A stretch of DNA of 64,000 nucleotides from Tubiluchus corallicola (Eukaryota; Animalia; Priapulida). The position numbers and the translations under genes are program-made. The stretch spans positions 620,001-684,000 of the forward strand of contig JAQGDQ010000026.1 in NCBI GenBank assembly GCA_030141605.1, read 5' to 3'. The notes under the pieces were generated by a model, which did no database searches, had not been told where the DNA came from, and was given only the letters and a program-made list of their open reading frames with translations. Positions 60,601 through 64,000 of the stretch are shown one piece after another (the stretch's first letter is position 1; every line of letters begins with the position of its first letter).

Positions 60601-61064
60601 TGCACGAGGTCTAACTCTGCAAGATCTTTATTAAAGACACCATTAGGCTGCTGTTTGGATTGGACTTCTGAAGGAATATCAGAAACATCTACAAGCGCAC
60701 TATCAGAGAGGAGAGGACTGTCCGCGATTACTTGGAAAGTATTACCGTCATCAAAATCTACCCAATTTTTGTCTGTCAGTGCAACAGCTTTTCGCTTTTG
60801 CACATCCTCCTTCACAACATCATAGCGAAAATTTCCCAGATAATCTGACACACTGGAACTACCTAGCTGATCAAGTGTACACTGAGTTTTAGAAGCTACT
60901 TCTTTGGCACGCTCTGTCAATTCTTGAAATTTCCGCCACTCTTCAGAGTCTTTGTTAATATTTACAGGCTGATTTTCATTTTGTGCAGGTATGTCGAAAT
61001 CAAAATCATCATCTAAATCTCCATGCTTTTTCTTCTTCTTATCTTTTTTCTTTGCACTGATCAT
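57269..61064 (-). CDS. stnB: Stonin (stoned-B/UNC-41-like) endocytic adaptor with Stoned-A-like N-terminus; two coding exons 61064-57911 and 57612-57269
   Basis: Stonin homology region GDGWEMMLRQPNKKKMTGQRFWQKVYVR, PFQELPLQACY; mu-homology domain RLFCLAFLSGMPEIEVGVND..KEIVGRKDIIPVKTEEWIRLEECEFHSVV..PLDGCQFEILRFRVRP; WVDF and DPF motifs; GT-AG intron 57910-57613 in phase 1. Confidence 0.93.
57911..61064 (-). CDS. stnB: Stonin large coding exon (acceptor at 61081)
   Basis: 1056-aa ORF truncated at the gtaagt donor; frame is open from the acceptor to the ATG, so an upstream coding exon is possible. Confidence 0.92.
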
Positions 61065-61075
61065 TTGTTTCTTAC

Positions 61076-61147
61076 TATCAACTGAAAAAAATAAAAATTA
61101 CACACACATATATCAACTGAAAAAAATAAAAATTACACACACACATA
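61076..61147. repeat. 35-bp tandem duplication spanning the stonin splice acceptor
   Basis: TATCAACTGAAAAAAATAAAAATTACACACACA at 61076 and 61111. Confidence 0.9.
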
Positions 61148-62099
61148 TATATATATGTATGTATCACAGCTTGAAAAAACTTGCCAAGAAAACTGAGGAA
61201 TTGAAGGTTAGTGCAGAAATATCATTACAGAAAATCGCTGTTTTTACCTATGGAAATATTGCAATCAACAACTAGTTTGCCATATACGATTATCAAATAT
61301 TACCCAAGCTTGGTACCATGAGAAATCACTGCCCATCTATTAAAGCAGATGGCGCATTAATAATGCATGTGTCTGGTTTCAGATATTATTAATCTACGTT
61401 GCTGATCGCTTTGGGCGAAGAGCATCACTGCAAGTCTTTGTCAAACTCGAGTACACTACAGACAGCATGATAACCCTGAACACCGAATTTCAATATGCCA
61501 CGTTTGTCCTTGTAAAAGCAGATACAATGTGGCTACTCTGATAACAATCAAGAGTTAAGATTCTGCACTTGCAGAGCGAATCAAGTATAATGGAAAAACA
61601 CAGCATTTATCGCGTATTTCCTAAATAGCACACTTGTGAGTCATGACAAAATGAAGGAATGATACGTACAATACGTGCATGACTAGGAAATTAAGTTAAG
61701 CAGCGCTAAACCTGGTGGGAATTGCCTAGAACTGGCGTTTTATCTACTATACTCTTCCACTACATTTTTCCCGATATAGGAGGACATATGTACAATGGCT
61801 AAGACACGTGTCGGTTCAGAAGCTACTTTACATTATTATCCTTCATAAGTACTTAGGTTCCGGTATTGCCACAAACATTTAATATTAACAACCACTCCTG
61901 CCGTCAAATATATTGGCCTATCACTTCGCCTCCGTTGTGACGTAAACACGCTCACGGGAAATCGGGACAACAGCTACGTTAAACAACTCTTTCTGGTAAA
62001 CAACATGACACCTAATGTCTAACCAGCAGATAAACTGATTGTGCTTTTTCATACACAAAAATCTGCAGAGTAGCAGTTGTTTTTACATGGAATTAAAAC

Positions 62100-62230
62100 T
62101 TTAGTTGTTGATTCAAAAACTAGAGGCCATGCTCTAAAATTTTATAAAGAGCGATCACATCTCAACATTCGTAAATATTCATTTACTATAAGTTGTGTGA
62201 ACGAACGGAATAATTTGGTAGTAAGCAGAG
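62100..62230 (+). mobile_element. CR1-clade LINE 3' fragment
   Basis: From 62119: TRGHALKFYKERSHLNIRKYSFTISCVNERNNL, the typical CR1 ORF2 C-terminal motif. Confidence 0.8.
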
Positions 62231-62454
62231 CTTAAGTGAGTATGACTGGCCGTTCTGCTTGATGTTAATTACTATGTGGCAAAACTCCCGTACAAGATAA
62301 TTTAATTAATTTCTTTTATAGGAAACGCGGATTGTGACTGTCTCGTCGAACGCACACAGTAACTGGAGATCAGGTGACAAAGCCCACAAAGTTACATTAA
62401 ACTGAGATAAACTGAATTTTACTCAGTTTTATCTTAAGACGGAGATAGTTTTAG

Positions 62455-62557
62455 GGGTGACCGCTAATAAAGTCACAGGCAAAAGTCACAATTTTGGCTA
62501 GGGTTACGGTTATTTCTTTTTTCCTGTGCCTTTTATCTGTGACTTTTTTACGCGTCA
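62455..62557. repeat. Small palindromic MITE-like element
   Basis: AAAGTCACAGGCAAAAGTCACA mirrored by TGTGCCTTTTATCTGTGACTTT, centre TAGGGTTACGGTT. Confidence 0.55.
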
Positions 62558-64000
62558 GGAATATTCTTCGATCACATTACGTAATTGCAATTCGTGATTC
62601 CTTCTAGACTCACTCCGCCTCAATAATAACTAACTAGTCATCTATAGGGGCAGGTATCGTGTGCGTGTCTAGAAACGGTTAGTAAAACAATTCCGTTCCC
62701 AAATGGTGAGAGTATAATGGAAACAATATCGCTTTTCTTATAAGTTTTTTTTTCGTCAAACTTGTTTGTCAGTTTTAGTTTGAAAAAACTAGTTTGATCG
62801 TGCAAACAGCGAAACTGACAAACTTTTTGTATGGCAAACAAAGAAGGGAAATTTTGTCATCATTAATCCAGCAAGTGGTATAAATATGCAATTGAAGAGC
62901 ACGCAAACAGCCGATTTGAGAAGTCTCGAAAAACGATTAGCTAAGAGTCTTAGAATATCATTTATTGCTTTTCGGTGATGGTATATGATTAAGAAAAATA
63001 CCCATCCAACCACATATTATCATAGCTTCTATTTCTTAAACTAGTCTGGATTCTGGAATGCGAAGCATTGCGTTACACGCTTGCCATACGAGCACGCGCA
63101 CGCAAGTTTTACTTGCACGAATATTTGTAAAATGTTTTATAATAACAATGCTGTTTCGGATGAAGCACTTCCGTCTCAACAATTTTTTCTGCAACACTGT
63201 TCTATTGTGACGTGACAATATTAAAAACACGCCACACCACCCACACAATACCTCAAGACAATAGCAACAACGAAAACAAATATTGCACAACTAAATGTTG
63301 AAACTGCGTGAAATAACAAACGCATACAATGATGATCAACAATGCGCAAACAATCTACATAATCCTTGAAATGGTGGTAGTAAGCTAGATATTAACAAAT
63401 TATAGATACGCATATACAAATTTGCGAAGATTTAGTATGCGCTGTTTGCCTTGCAATGAGTAAATGACAAAGTTGTGAACGAGAACGAACACACGAAAAC
63501 GGCTTTACGCAGTCAGTAACCCAAAAATATTTAATGTTTAATTCATGTTCGTAACTGCTAGGTTGACAACACAGCCCTTACAGAATGCGTGTGACCTTAT
63601 CAGAAGTTACCCGACAACCCGAGTCAATGCATTAAGCCATCATAAAACGTATGAAATAATTACGGTGACAAAGTGAAGCTAGACGAGCTCTGAAAAGGTG
63701 AAAATCACCATGGTAACAAATGAAAAATTCTCAGCAGCATCCTACGCAATAACCGAGATATGGTATCAATAAAAAGTGACGAAGCGGAGAGCTAACAGAA
63801 ACAAGTACACGGGCAAGTGTCAACCGTGAAATAGGAAATAAAAACAACCTAGCAGATTCCAAAATAAAATTCAAACAATTTTTACTGGCAATAACAACTG
63901 AAGACGCTGATGAACCTAATACCTCTTCAAACGCCAGTCAGTTACAAACTATAACCTGCTCAGTGACCAACAAACAATCTTACCAATTGAGAGGCCTAAC

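Noticed and set aside
62640-64000. Upstream stonin exon or promoter, or further repeats
   Set aside because: Could not define a convincing exon, ORF or element termini by eye.

Overview
Eukaryotic (AT-rich, invertebrate-type metazoan; species not determinable from the sequence) genomic DNA with two convergent intron-containing genes. On + a giant BIRC6/BRUCE (Apollon) IAP/E2 ubiquitin-conjugating gene: I traced 59 phase-consistent exons from 188 to the stop at 54082 (14,237 coding nt, about 4,745 codons). The 5' end, including the BIR domain, lies upstream of the window, and the C-terminal UBC domain has its catalytic Cys at 50723-50725. On - a stonin (stoned-B/UNC-41-like) endocytic adaptor, coding 61064->57911 plus 57612->57269, whose N-terminus resembles Drosophila Stoned-A, so Stoned-A-like and Stoned-B-like parts sit in one ORF. 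BIRC6 introns carry many transposon relics (Tigger/pogo element and MITEs, hAT MITEs with 8-bp TSDs, a Penelope GIY-YIG remnant, a putative Helentron-type element), microsatellites, foldback hairpins and an inverted pair of minimal hammerhead-ribozyme-like motifs. One BIRC6 intron needs a GC-AG boundary. No prokaryotic features, rRNA, intact tRNA or CRISPR arrays were seen. Family assignments rest on my recall of homologous sequences, not on database searches.
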